64,000 bases of DNA from Octopus bimaculoides (GCF_001194135.2 NC_068986.1:14780727-14844726), one strand, 5' to 3'. Counted from the stretch's first letter, positions 36,195 to 49,443 are shown. The notes: generated by a model not told the origin, from the letters alone. A program made the numbers and translations.

Positions 36195-37076
36195 CGAGGC
36201 GATATCAAAAGCTCCCCAGAGTAGTTATGTTTAGTAAAACTAACTTATTTGTCTAAATTTTAACCTCGTCTCCCTCAAAATAGTCACCTTTCTCAGTAAT
36301 ACTCCAGTCCAGACGTCCCTGCCTCATTCGGAATCCAGGCTGGAAGTTCTTTCTCGTAATCGAGTCGAGGTCCTTCTGCGATAAGCTCTTGATTTCGATA
36401 ACTGTGTCAAAACGGCGACCTTTGAGCTGCATTTTCTTCTTGGAGAAGAGATGGAAGTTCACGGGTGAGAAACCTGGCTAATAGGGCGGGTGCAGAAGCG
36501 ATACCATTCTGTTTTGGGTTGAATTTCACGAGTGAGGAGAGATCGGTGAAATGGTGCATTGTCCAATTCTTCACACTCTACTGATCCAGTCCGCTTTCGC
36601 TCAATTTCCTCTCTAAAACGCTTTAAAACATCGTAGAACTCTCGATTCACCGTCTGGCACTTGGGGGAGAGTTCGCAATGCACAATACCAAATTTCCGAA
36701 GGCGACGATAGTGGCAGGTCTTCCAGATCGCTTATCGTGTTCCAGCGATGTTCTTCCGCTTTTGAAGATCATGTACCTCTCGAGACATTGCACACGACCG
36801 TTGCCACGTCACGGAAATTTTCCCGAAGCGTTCTCAATGTCTCTGTAACAGACTTTTCAAGTTTAACACGAAATTTCGCGTTGTTTCTTTGTTGCTGTCC
36901 ATGAAAAAATTGCACACTACAGCATGCACGTGATCATCAAAACACAGATTTTACAATCTACGAGGTAAACGCAGTGATATTATTCGTAACATTGTTCCAT
37001 GAAGGTCACAGCTAGATCTCACTGCGCATGCAACCATGTGCTGTCATCTATCCGGGGACTTTTCAATACCACCTCG
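36195..37076 (-). mobile_element. Internally deleted mariner transposon (882 bp)
   Basis: TA flanks at 36193-94 and 37077-78; TIRs cgaggcgatatcaaaagctcccc and the reverse complement cgaggtggtattgaaaagtcccc; fragments DKRSGRP, GIVHCE, DNAPFH, FHLFSKKKMQLKGRRF, GDYFEGD. Confidence 0.9.
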
Positions 37077-37237
37077 TAATTGTGTTAATTTAAGAATGAG
37101 TAGCCATTGGTAATAATCAGTAAGTTCCTTCTTAGATAGTCTTTGAAAATACATCAGAAAATTAAAGAAAACTCGTTAGTTAGATATTTAGTAGCATTGT
37201 GTTGGGAGATTTACTGCATAAACAGGAACGAGAGAGA

Positions 37238-37286
<49 letters not shown>

Positions 37287-39217
37287 NNNNNNNNNNGAGA
37301 GAGACAGAGAGAGAGAGAGAACCAGAGAGAGAGGGGGAGAGAGTGAGAAAGAGAGAGAAAGAGAGAAAAGGTAGAGAGAGAGAAAGAGAGAAAAAGGGAG
37401 AGAGAGAGAAAGAGCGAAAGAGAAAGAGAGAGAAAGAGCGAGAGAGAAAGAGTGAGAGAACTAGAGAGAACCAGAGAGAGAGAGAGAGTGAGAGAGCAGC
37501 GCCCTTCACGTCTTTTAATTTGTGTGCCTTCGAAACTTGTAGAAGAGCAAAATTAAATGTTACATGACCTGGTTGATTCGAACAGTTCGAACTCACCTGA
37601 AGGCAGGCAAGGCCCAAGTGGTTCTGATAGATAGGGCAACAGGTCAAGTTACTACCCAGGATCCGAGAACGTAAAAGCCCGAAAAATACAGATAGACATC
37701 TTTCGCAATTGTGGAAGTTTAACATTCTGTTCTGATACTTTATTTCATGAACCCTCGGTAGCGATGAAGATCAAAATAAACCTCATCGCGATTCCAAATC
37801 GGATCGCGTAGAGAAAGACCAATTACCATGAATTATCTTGTCCTGCGCCCCTGCAATACTACTTATCCATCGATTGTTATTAAAAAAAGTACCAAATGCA
37901 CGATTCTATCAGAAACTATAAGCTTTGAAAACGAAACTTTTATTTTATTAACCATTATAGGAATGAAGGTCAAAATTGGCATTCGAGGATACGGAAGATT
38001 TGCAGCGCAGATTTGTGAAAATTCCTTTCCGATTATGTGGAGCAGAGAAAATTCAGGACATTAAATGAAATACAAATAACATAAAAAGACTTGCCATGTT
38101 ATGTAGACTTTAAATGAATAAACAGTAAGCGTTTGGTGCCCGACCTGATCCCCAAATCATTCAATAAGTCTTTTGGTATGAGCAGAAATGATGTAAGTTA
38201 GTAATCATAGCCATGTGAATTCCTGGTGTGACCCAGGTGAAGGTTTCTCCCTTGAGTATGGGTAGGTTGCTTGGATTTGTTTGTTATTCTGAATCTGACT
38301 GGATAAAACCGGATCAAGTAATGTAAAGCACTTTGTTTCTGGCAAATTTACAAAATACGTCATACTGCCACAAAATGTTTGTCTTAAAATGTAAGTCAAT
38401 TCGTATTTCTAAATTCCGTTCTTGTGAAATTATACCATCGCAAATTCATGGATATCATTAACGGAGACTTATGAGTGGTGCAAGGGATTAACGAGCGATG
38501 AACTGTTCCATCACGAGGTTAACATGAATTGTAAGATTGAAGGAGATGCAAAAGGAACTTCGCTGCCTTCAGCTTTGTACAGTGGTTGCTTATCTTTAAT
38601 TTTTCCGAGTGATGTGATTGTTTGAAGTTAGCAATGCAAGTTAATGCAACATATCGTTAATTACATAAAACTTTAGGCTCGTTAGAATGTCACACAGCGC
38701 CATATTCTATAGTTCTTATCTTCATCGACTGAATAAGTATGAGTTAAAATAACGAGGACACGAACACAACACATTGGTTATACAGTAGTCTAAGAAATAA
38801 ACACACACACACACATGTATATATATATTAATATACATGCGTATACACACACACACATGCATATGTATATGCAAGGGCAGATGCAACTTTTCAGAACAAA
38901 GCAATAAAACTTTAATAGACCATCATCATAAGATATACAGATGCCATATTATAAAGAAAATTGTGTGACTGTTTATGTATGTACGTGAGTTGTTTGTGTG
39001 GGTGTGTGGTGCGTGTGCTGTGTATGTGTGTGTGTATGAAATATATTTTAATTGCTGTTGTAAGATCGAATATACATACTGCAGTGTACCTGTGTGTTTA
39101 AACAGTCATGTATATAAGATTCCAAAGATAAAACGATTCTTTCATTTATAATGTCTCTTTCAAGCCATGAATTTAAAATTCTTTGAACTGAGCAATCTCT
39201 TTATCAACATAAACTAT

Positions 39218-39252
<35 letters not shown>

Positions 39253-40716
39253 CACACACACACACAGACACGCACACACACACACACATGCATTTATATA
39301 TGCATGCGTACATATATATATATATATATATATAGANNNNNNNNNNNNNNNNNNNNNNNNNNNNNNNNNNNNNNNNNNNNNNNNNNNNNNNNNNNNNNNN
39401 NNNNNNNNNNNNNNNNNNNNNNNNNNNNNNNNNNNNNNNNNNNNNNNNNNNNNNNNNNNNNNNNNNNNNNNNNNNNNNNNNNNNNNNNNNNNNNNNNNNN
39501 NNNNNNNNNNNNNNNNNNNNNNNNNNNNNNNNNNNNNNNNNNNNNNNNNNNNNNNNNNNNNNNNNNNNNNNNNNNNNNNNNNNNNNNNNNNNNNNNNNNN
39601 NNNNNNNNNNNNNNNNNNNNNNNNNNNNNNNNNNNNNNNNNNNNNNNNNNNNNNNNNNNNNNNNNNNNNNNNNNNNNNNNNNNNNNNNNNNNNNNNNNNN
39701 NNNNNNNNNNNNNNNNNNNNNNNNNNNNNNNNNNNNNNNNNNNNNNNNNNNNNNNNNNNNNNNNNATTCTAGATAGACGTATGAATAATTATATCGTAAC
39801 ATACAATAAAGAAATTTATACACAAACACTGCCACATACATTATACGTATATACGTGTACACACACACACACACATTTATATATATACATACCCTATACA
39901 TATATACGTACATGCATATATGTATATATATATATATATATATATGTATATCTATATCTATATATATATATATATATACATACCTATACATATATGTATG
40001 TTTGTATATATAAGGTATGTATCTATATATAGATAGATGCGTGTATGTATGTACGAACTTATGCACAGAGTTAGAGACCCAAGGATATGTATGAAGAGAA
40101 TAGAGTAAGTTACGACCACAGGCACACAAGCATACATTAAATATATTCATTTAGATACATTTATCCATGTGTATAATGTACTGAATCTTAGACATAATTT
40201 TACTAAGTGTTTAGCTGGACTTATTCTTAGGCGATTTGCCTCAGTGGCCATAACTAAAATTCGACGATCAAACGAATATGTCTTCCTCAACTAACCGGCA
40301 GATATAAACAGCAATTGGGAGAGAAAATGAGAGAAAACAGAAAAGGTCGATCAGGCGAGAGACAGCGATAAAGAATGAGAGACCGCGAGGAGAGAGAAAG
40401 AGAGTGAAAGAGAGAGACAGAGAGAGAGAGAGAGAGCAAGTGAGCGAAGGAAAGAGAGAGGGAGATATTGTGAAAGTCGCCGAGGAAGAAAGAGAGAGAA
40501 TGGATGAGAGAAAGCGAGTGAGAGAGAGACGGAAGCTGCATAAATAAGAAGTAAAATGTCAGCCATTTTCTTTAAAACTAAATTAGTAATATTATTACTG
40601 TTCACATTCTTCATTTTGCCTTTCGGCACTTCACATCGCTTCCCCTCCTTATCATCATTATCATAATCATCATCATCATCATCGTCTTCATCATCATCGT
40701 CTTCATCATCATCGTC

Positions 40717-40782
<66 letters not shown>

Positions 40783-41054
40783 GTCGTCATGACCCTCATT
40801 ATAAAAATCATTTTAATATTCCCACTGCACATCGCTAACATTCTTCATCTTAGTTTCTCTGTCCCTCGTCTTCCTTCTCTTGTTTCTTATTTTCCACTTC
40901 CGAATTTTGTTTCTCTTGTTTCTATTTTACATTTATCCATCGAATTTTTACTTCTTTTTCCTTTGCTATCTCCTCTTGCTAATTCTTCTTCTTCTTCTTC
41001 TTATTATTATTATTATCATTCTTCTTCTTCTTCTTCTTCTTCGTCTTCTTCTTC

Positions 41055-41167
<113 letters not shown>

Positions 41168-41318
41168 TTTATCATTATTTATTTATTTATTTATTAATTC
41201 TTTATGCTTCCCGTAGTTTCTAAATTGGTTTGATTTCATTTTGAGCCATTTCCATCAGATCTGAGTCTTCACTCAAAGAGAAAATTTCGTTAGATGTGAT
41301 CTGCCTCTGTTGTTGTTG

Positions 41319-41355
<37 letters not shown>

Positions 41356-41384
41356 CATTATTATTATTATTATTATTATTACAC

Positions 41385-42371
41385 CTTCGTAACACCGTGT
41401 AGCTAAAAATGCACCGGAATCTTTAGTTATCTGTCAAGTCAGAACAAGGACATCACACAGATAATACTTTCCTTAAGATGTGCGCTGTGTCCAATAAGGC
41501 TGCTTTTTTGCAAGACATCAGTCTTGCATGAGATTTCAAATGGGATACTTATTGATTCTCTGCCCCAATTCTCTCTTTTTATATGTTTACGTTTGCTTTG
41601 GGCGTGTACCACCCCATGGAGAGTCATCACCTTTCTCGTCCTTATATCCAGTGTTGATATTTCCTCCTTAGACCATTTGAGGATAGACGCCGCACAATAT
41701 CTAACCTCTGCAACTGCCCAGATATTCATTGCAGTAATCAAATTTTTGATATTCAGGTTGGATTTCAACACCATCTTAATCCTTTTTTGATACATCTCCC
41801 TTACTTTGACTAATTTTTTTGTGTAGAATGTTGTCCAACTCCAAAATCCCTAGATATCTATTCCAACTACCGTCGAGTTCACCCATGGTCTCTTCTGATA
41901 GTAACCATAATCCTCTGCATGATGCTTTCTTCCCTCTGTTCTTATTAAGAACTGAGCATTTGGTAATCCCAAATTCCATACCAATGTTCCTACTACACTT
42001 CTGGTTAAGGAATCTGTCTGTTTTTCAGATTTCCCAAACAATTTCAGGTCATCCAGAAACAGAAGATGGTTCAAAGATGGGTTTTTCTTCCCACATCAGT
42101 AACCCATCTTAACTTACCTAAGTGTCATTGCTATGGGTATTAGTGCAATTATAAAAAAGTAACGCAGCAAACGAGACACCTTGGAAGATCTCCCCTTTTA
42201 ATATTAACTTCTCCAAGGAATGCATTACTTGAGTATAATTTGGTTTTCCACTCTCTCATACTATGCATCAGAAAATTTGTAATGCTGTCCGCAGCACCAT
42301 ACATCTGCTGGCATTCAACGATTCATGAATGAGGCATCATATCATATACCTTATAAAAGTCAATCAAAGCC
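41385..42371 (-). mobile_element. R4/Dong-clade LINE RT fragment
   Basis: LIDFYKVYDMMPHS; NHLLFLDDLKLFGKSEKQ; MEFGITKC; YLGILELD; NLITAMNIWAV; DIRTRKVMTLHG. Confidence 0.85.
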
Positions 42372-42980
42372 ATTATTATTATTATGTTTTTTTCTTCTTT
42401 CTTCAAATTTTCTTCCATTTTTTACCGAGTGTTTTCCGTACATCTAGGGCAAGGAAGCTCATTATATGCATTACTAGTTTACACACACAAATTCACAGAT
42501 AAAATATGTATTAAAAAAATATTAATAAATAAATAAATTCATGAATGGATCTTGTTTTCATATCGATAATACTCTTCTCAGTACACGAGTCGTTCCAGTT
42601 AACACGATTTTTTGCACTTTCTGTAGGGATGGTAAGCATGGTATCATTTTCAAATAGGTTTCAATACCTTTTTTATCATTCCGAGAGATCCTACAATCAC
42701 TGGTACGGTAGTCGCCTTGAGGTGCCACATTTTTTCAATTTCTATAAGCAAGTCTTTATACTCACTGATCTTGTCAAATTCTTTCGCCACTATATTGTGA
42801 TCGCAAGGAATACTCATGTCAATTAAGAAACACATTTGTTTGTCTGATCTTTTATAATAATATCCGGTTTATTACATTTTATAGTTTTGTCGGTATGTAC
42901 GGAGAATTCCCAGAGAATCGACACATTTTCTCCCTCAGTCACAACTTCAGGATGGTGTTTATACCATTTGTCAGCGGTTG
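42372..42980 (-). mobile_element. R4/Dong-clade LINE 3' end (restriction-like endonuclease and 3' UTR)
   Basis: KWYKHHPEVVTEGENVSILWEFSVHTDKTIKCNKPDIIIKDQT; CFLIDMSIPCDHNIVAKEFDKISEYKDLLIEIEKMWHLK (PD..D RLE motif); A-rich/AAT-like tail. Confidence 0.85.
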
Positions 42981-43320
42981 GCTTCAAGTCTCACACAGAG
43001 ACCTAAAGAAAAAAACAAGTGAGACGTTCATGTTGGTATTATGCCTAAGGTTCCATGTATTTTTTTTTTGTACATAGTGTTGTTCTAGAGAATGTTTAAG
43101 AAACCATAAGAAAATTATTATTGTTTCAAAATTTGAGATTACATAGACAGCATTTTAGGTAGGGTATGGGCAGTTCCCAATGAGCACTATCTTTTGAATT
43201 TTGCCATTTTGGGGTTTCTTGGTATCTGAGCTAGGTAGCAATCAGCCCCTTTTGCTACAATTCCTAGGGCACCTATGACAACAGGTATTGCTTTAGTCTT
43301 CAGGTTCCACATTTTGCTAA
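42981..43320 (-). mobile_element. Another R4/Dong-clade 3' end
   Basis: KMWNLKTKAIPVVIGALG...LGTAHTLPKMLSM* plus a distinct 3' UTR. Confidence 0.78.
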
Positions 43321-44680
43321 TTATTATTATTATTATTATTATTATTATTGTTCAGTAGTTTTATTTTTATAACGTGCTTTCACTTCACTACCGAGCGCAG
43401 CTCTGTGCGCCTTGGGTATGTGCTGTGGTTTACTGTGGTGCTCTTATGTTTACTGTATTGAAAGTGTTTTGCGTAGAATGTGTNNNNNNNNNNNNNNNNN
43501 NNNNNNNNNNNNNNNNNNNNNNNNNNNNNNNNNNNNNNNNNNNNNNNNNNNNNNNNNNNNNNNNNNNNNNNNNNNNNNNNNNNNNNNNNNNNNNNNNNNN
43601 NNNNNNNNNNNNNNNNNNNNNNNNNNNNNNNNNNNNNNNNNNNNNNNNNNNNNNNNNNNNNNNNNNNNNNNNNNNNNNNNNNNNNNNNNNNNNNNNNNNN
43701 NNNNNNNNNNNNNNNNNNNNNNNNNNNNNNNNNNNNNNNNNNNNNNNNNNNNNNNNNNNNNNNNNNNNNNNNNNNNNNNNNNNNNNNNNNNNNNNNNNNN
43801 NNNNNNNNNNNNNNNNNNNNNNNNNNNNNNNNNNNNNNNNNNNNNNNNNNNNNNNNNNNNNNNNNNNNNNNNNNNNNNNNNNNNNNNNNNNNNNNNNNNN
43901 NNNNNNNNNNNNNNNNNNNNNNNNNNNNNNNNNNNNNNNNNNNNNNNNNNNNNNNNNNNNNNNNNNNNNNNNNNNNNNNNNNNNNNNNNNNNNNNNNNNN
44001 NNNNNNNNNNNNNNNNNNNNNNNNNNNNNNNNNNNNNNNNNNNNNNNNNNNNNNNNNNNNNNNNNNNNNNNNNNNNNNNNNNNNNNNNNNNNNNNNNNNN
44101 NNNNNNNNNNNNNNNNNNNNNNNNNNNNNNNNNNNNNNNNNNNNNNNNNNNNNNNNNNNNNNNNNNNNNNNNNNNNNNNNNNNNNNNNNNNNNNNNNNNN
44201 NNNNNNNNNNNNNNNNNNNNNNNNNNNNNNNNNNNNNNNNNNNNNNNNNNNNNNNNNNNNNNNNNNNNNNNNNNNNNNNNNNNNNNNNNNNNNNNNNNNN
44301 NNNNNNNNNNNNNNNNNNNNNNNNNNNNNNNNNNNNNNNNNNNNNNNNNNNNNNNNNNNNNNNNNNNNNNNNNNNNNNNNNNNNNNNNNNNNNNNNNNNN
44401 NNNNNNNNNNNNNNNNNNNNNNNNNNNNNNNNNNNNTTCTTCTTCTTCTTCTTCTTCGTATTTGTTAGGTAGATTGATTTCTTGTTTGTATTTGTCAGCT
44501 TCCTTAAATACTGAAAACTGTTTTTGTTTTGCTCGTGTTTTGTGGCTATTTGTATTAGTTTCCCTTGCTTCTGGAGTAGGTATTTTTGCAGTCCTATGGT
44601 GGTTATTTTATAATAGTTTTCTAACTGTATAAGACCCCTGCCACCTCCTGTGCATTGTAAATACAGCCTTATTATTGTCG
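43321..44680 (-). mobile_element. R4/Dong-clade 5'-truncated copy with (AAT)n tail, middle in N gap
   Basis: RLYLQCTGGGRGLIQLENYYKITTIGL at 44550-44675; HILRKTLSIQ* and a 3' UTR ending in (AAT)n at 43321-43350. Confidence 0.8.
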
Positions 44681-44719
44681 TTCTTGTTGTTGTTGTTGTT
44701 GTTATCATTATTTCATAAA

Positions 44720-46000
44720 GAATATGCTTCTTCCTCTAGTCATCCAGTTAGGTACAGCTCCTACATTCTGTCAATCCTGAAGTTGTTCTCACTGTCTTCC
44801 ATGTAAGCTACTAACTCTCTTTAACCAGGAGCCTTGAATCGTATCTTTTTCTGGGTCTTTCAAATTTGGCATACTTCCTAACGATTTTGCTTATTAAAGC
44901 GGTAGTTACTTTTAGAGACGGCTGCTTCTCACTAACTAATTCTTCCATCACTTTCTTTAACCATAATGTATCACCATTATGATTAACTGACATATCCCAA
45001 ATATCACTCCAGCACATTTTATCTTCTGCATTAGGTTTATCATCTTCAGTAATTTCTTCTTCACTATTTATTCGGCGATAAAATTTCCTCTGGTCTATCT
45101 CAAACAATCTGTTCTCTTGATAGTGATCGATTATTTTCTCATATCTAGAAAGTTTACTTGCTATTCCAATGATACGCTGCTTCAGCTTTTTCATGACTGT
45201 TCCAAACCCTTTCTCTTTGACTAAATATTTTTTTCTCAAGAGATGATTTAAATTTTATTTTCCTTAACTTGTGCTGTTTCCAGGTTTCTATTCCACTCAG
45301 TTCTTGTCTCAAAGTTTTCCCTTTTTCTATTCTCCTCTTCTACATCTGTTCCTTCCTGTTCCTTTCTTGAGAAATACCTATTCCGCAGGTAGCTGCTACC
45401 CATCCTGCATAAATCAATAACTTAGTGTCACCTATATTTTTAGAATCTATCTTATTGGTAACAGAAGCAACTTGTCTAGAAATATCTCGCAATTTCCTTC
45501 TATTAACACATTTTAATGCTGGTAATCGTTTCTTCCTTCTGTATTCATTGCTTCCTTCAGCTCATCTAAAATCTTCTGATCTTTCTCGCTAAGGTCACTT
45601 GTATCAATTTGGATTTTCTGATTGGCTGTGCTATTATTTTTCTGGTAGGATCTTCTTTAAATTAAACAGTATCGCTTACGTTGTTTGACTGTTCTACTGG
45701 ATTTCTCTTATTTAGCTACCTCCAATTCTGTCATCCAATTTTTTTCTCTGCAAAGCATTAGCCTGATCCACTAGTCTCTGCTCTGTTATTTCACCACCCC
45801 CCGCCTTTTTTATTACCACAAGTACTAACATATGTTTTCTGCAGCTACATAATCTGTGTTTATTTTCCAAGTAGCACTGTCTCACTATCCTGCGTCTTCT
45901 CTTGTTCATTTCCTTCTCTAACTCCTCCTGAGCGAGAGGCTTTCTCTTAAATAAACAAATTCCATTTGTGCTGTTATCACGAAAGCCATGTCTCTCATAA
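44720..46000 (-). mobile_element. R4/Dong-clade LINE N-terminal (pre-RT) ORF region
   Basis: GEITEQRLVDQANAL; KLKQRIIGIASKLSRYEK...ENRLFEIDQRKFY; WSDIWDMSVNHN; ends at the approach to RT. Confidence 0.78.
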
Positions 46001-46119
46001 CCTGAGATAAGGCATTGTCCGTGCGTGTTTTTATTTTGGCAGCTTCACCATTCACCTGACATTATTTTGCCTTTCTTATTATTATCACCATTATCGCCAT
46101 CAGCATCACTATCATCATT

Positions 46120-46312
46120 TTCGACATATGATCGTTTCAAATTCCTACTGCATCACTTTCTACACCTCCGAGTTTCTGAGCTGTGTGTCACCTATAGTTT
46201 TAGTATCTATCTTATTGATAACAGAATCGACTTGCCTAGAAATATCTTGCAGCTACCTTCTATTAACATATTTTAATACTGATAGTCGTTTGCTTCCTTC
46301 TGTATTCATTGA
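46120..46312 (-). mobile_element. Fragment of a second R4 subfamily homologous to 45370-45551
   Basis: 46186-46312 aligns in direct orientation with 45425-45551 (tgtcacctata...ccttctgtattcattg). Confidence 0.7.
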
Positions 46313-46314
46313 TT

Positions 46315-47130
46315 CTCGCCATTCTTGTGGGGGAAGCAGGGAGCTCGAACTCCTCCCGGCATTGTATTGCATCAGTATGTTTTGTAATGTGGTTTTGTTC
46401 GAGCATTGTTTGCATTAGTGTTGTGTATTGAATGTTGTGTGCGTAATGCGAGTTGTGTTCTGCAGAGTGCATAACGTGTGTGTATGAGTCAATTTTATTG
46501 GCTATTTACTGCATGGGTTTGTTTATTTTGGTTTGGGGAACATGTCATTCTTGTAACACATATCGTCGTACATTTGCAAATGTATTTTATTTTTCTTTAT
46601 ATCTTAACCACCCTTGCTCCATATCTCACATGTTTCTTTTAGTATTCCTATACATTTTGGTTACAGTATTGCATTGTAGAATGCCATCTATCCGTCGTTC
46701 GCTTTTAGTTTTCTCTTTCGTTTTGGTACTTACATTAAGAGACGGGTCCATGTGTTCAGTGTTAACTTTTTGACAGAACACCGCTTCTGGATGTGTGTCG
46801 TGACTTCTTTAGCATCGCGATTGCTCGAGGCTTGCAGAACAAAATTCACCGTTATTTACTTCTTCATACCTTTATCAGTGAGTACACGTGCCTTTCCCAC
46901 TGTTAAAAGAGAGACTTGTTGCACCATTTCTTAAAATCATTCTACACACTCTTTCCACAGACGAACAACATGATCAATAGCAATGGAATCGCTGCTAATT
47001 CCTTTGCCGATATTGCAAATGAAATTGATGCTGTCTCACTGAACAGAATCAAGAGGAATAGGCAGAACAACACTCCAATATACTACAGCAAAGAGCCTTC
47101 AGACTCAATATATCACAACACTATTTCCAC
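46315..47130 (-). mobile_element. Decayed RTE-like LINE RT/post-RT fragment
   Basis: AKEVTTHIQKR..., VSTKTKEKTKSERRI..., TTLMQTMLEQ resemble RTE post-RT motifs; many stops and deletions. Confidence 0.4.
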
Positions 47131-47150
47131 CAAAACGAACGCACACAAAC

Positions 47151-47233
<83 letters not shown>

Positions 47234-47935
47234 CACACACACACACATACACATAAACAAGCAAAATTTTGTACGATTGTATATCGCTGAAGAGATACAT
47301 TATTGAGCGAATATACAATGATCAAGCTAATACTGCTTGTAAAGCAGTGGGGCAGACGATATTCTTATTCACGCCAGTCAATTTGGCTACATGAATATAT
47401 GTGTAATTCATAAACCCAGGCCCAGGTTACCAAATATCAATTCACCTAACCATCTCCTGGTGATGCGATGATTTTGTACGGAGACATTTAATGATCCGGG
47501 TATAAATCTCGAACAAACCATAGAGAACTAGAATTATGGTGGACGAAGAAATGGAAATATTTCATTTTTTGAGAAAACAAGTATGCTGCTAGGTGGGGGT
47601 TGTGTGTGAAAACGCGTCCACAACGAAAGTCGGTTTGGTATGGAGTGAGAAATTTAGCAACGCCATCGTCCAAACCACTGTCACCGCCGCCGCCGCCGCC
47701 GCCGCCACCACCACACCAACAGGAAAACTGGAGACCACCTCCTCCTGTGGGATGAAGTTAAAATAAAAGACAGAGAACACAACTAGAAAATACGAAAACT
47801 AAAAGAAGCATCACATATGCTAGGACACAACAACCTCCAAAGCAGAGGGAGTGCAGATATGAGTAGCATATGGGAACTGGTAATAATGAAGGATAGGAGA
47901 ATATTAGAATTATAAGCCCTAAAATTCACTCTATA

Positions 47936-48170
47936 GTGGCAAATGGTGTAGTGGTTAAGAGAGGCGGCTACTAACCTTAAGATTCCGAGTTCAATTCCAG
48001 GCAGTAACCTGAATGATAATAGTAACATAGGAAAATACCTTAGGAATGAGAACCCACGATCGAAATTTCCCCAAGATGAAGGCTGGAGGGTATATCAACC
48101 GAGACGTTGTGTTTAACAACAAACAAGATTAGGACAAATATGCATCAAATGTAAATAATATAAATGTTTC
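47936..48170 (+). mobile_element. tRNA-headed SINE, family E, with a hammerhead-like segment in its 3' part
   Basis: A box tggtgtagtgg (47944-54), B box gttcaattcc (47989-98); gatgaa-ggctg...caacc-gagac at 48075-48105; tail shared with 20120-20215. Confidence 0.65.
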
Positions 48171-48706
48171 CATTTGACTATTAGAATATAATTTTCTTAC
48201 TTTGATACACTTGTAGGACCGGTGTTCGAATCGCGTGGCGAGTAGCTTCATTTAGCTATAAATTCTGCTATAAAGCAAGTGGCAATCAAGCTATGCATTG
48301 GCTATAAACAAATAAACACACACGCGCATGCACGCACACATCAGATTCAAGGGTTTATACCAAAGTAAGGAATAGTGATTATTATTTCCATAATTTATAG
48401 TCATTTCGTGTGTGTACATTACAGCAAGTGTTTTGCATCGTTTGTGAATATTATTTTCTGCTTGTTCGTTCATTGAATTTACGTGAGTTTTATACAATTG
48501 ACGAGATCATTCTAAATTTGGGATTTGTGTCATATAACTCTCATGTTTTCGATATTTATGACAAATTTGATAGCCTCTGCAGAGATTATTTATTGGTGCT
48601 ACTAGAAATAGATTGTCTGTAAAATACTCAATCAATTTTGCTAAACTAGCGTCCTATACATGTATGCGCATATATGCACATTAATCTCTCACTCTCTCTC
48701 TCTCTT

Positions 48707-48760
<54 letters not shown>

Positions 48761-49057
48761 CCTCTCTCTCTCCGTCTATCTGCTCTTATGCCCGTTGTTT
48801 GATGTACGTTTGTAAGTACTCAAGTGTTAGTATGGACGTATGTTTGCGTTAAAATGTAAACATGTAGGTGCGTATAAAAATGTGCGTCCAAACGGAAAGA
48901 GTGGAAGAGAGGGAGAGAGAGAGAAAGCGAGAAAGAGAGAGAGGGGGAGAGAGAGAGGGAGAGAGAAATAGAAAGAGAGAGATAGAGCTAGACAGACAGA
49001 GAGAGAGAGAACGAGAAAGAGAGCGGAAGAGAGAAAGGGTGAGATGAATAGCCAGAT

Positions 49058-49091
<34 letters not shown>

Positions 49092-49136
49092 CGGTGGATG
49101 GACGGATGGACGGATAGACGGATCAATCGATACCTA

Positions 49137-49443
49137 GTTGTGAGTGTTTATTGAGTGAAAACTCCTAAAGCTCTACGAGGTCCCCGGCAAGGGTATTGGT
49201 GGTGACCCCTACTGTACTGTTCCACCACAACTTTCTCTCACTCTTTCTTCCTGCTTCTGTTGGATCTGTATTTCAAATGGCCAGCCTTGTCACGCTCTGT
49301 GACATGCTGAATCTCCCCGAAAACTACGTTAAGGGTACACGGGTCTGTGAAGTACTCAGCCACTTGCACGTTAATTTCACGTGAAGGAAATTCCGTTGAT
49401 CGGATCAACTGGAACCCTCGTCGTCGTAACCGACGGAGTTCCA
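49137..49443 (+). mobile_element. SINE family C copy lacking the tRNA head
   Basis: Homologous to 12588-12870 including the 3' end. Confidence 0.85.

Noticed and set aside
37963-38064. MKVKIGIRGYGRF resembling a GAPDH/Rossmann GxGxxG start after an acceptor-like site
   Set aside because: The third Gly is missing, the frame stops after 33 codons without a good donor, and no further dehydrogenase exons were found.
47285-47320. Additional hammerhead-like strings (ctgaagagatac...gagcgaat here; also 24957, 29683, 51236, 53856)
   Set aside because: Stem II or the GAAA core is missing or needs several changes; not distinguishable from chance.
47580-47755. Proline-rich frame PSSKPLSPPPPPPPPPHQQENWRPPPP
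   Set aside because: Built on a (CCG/CCA)n microsatellite, bounded by stops, with no splice support.
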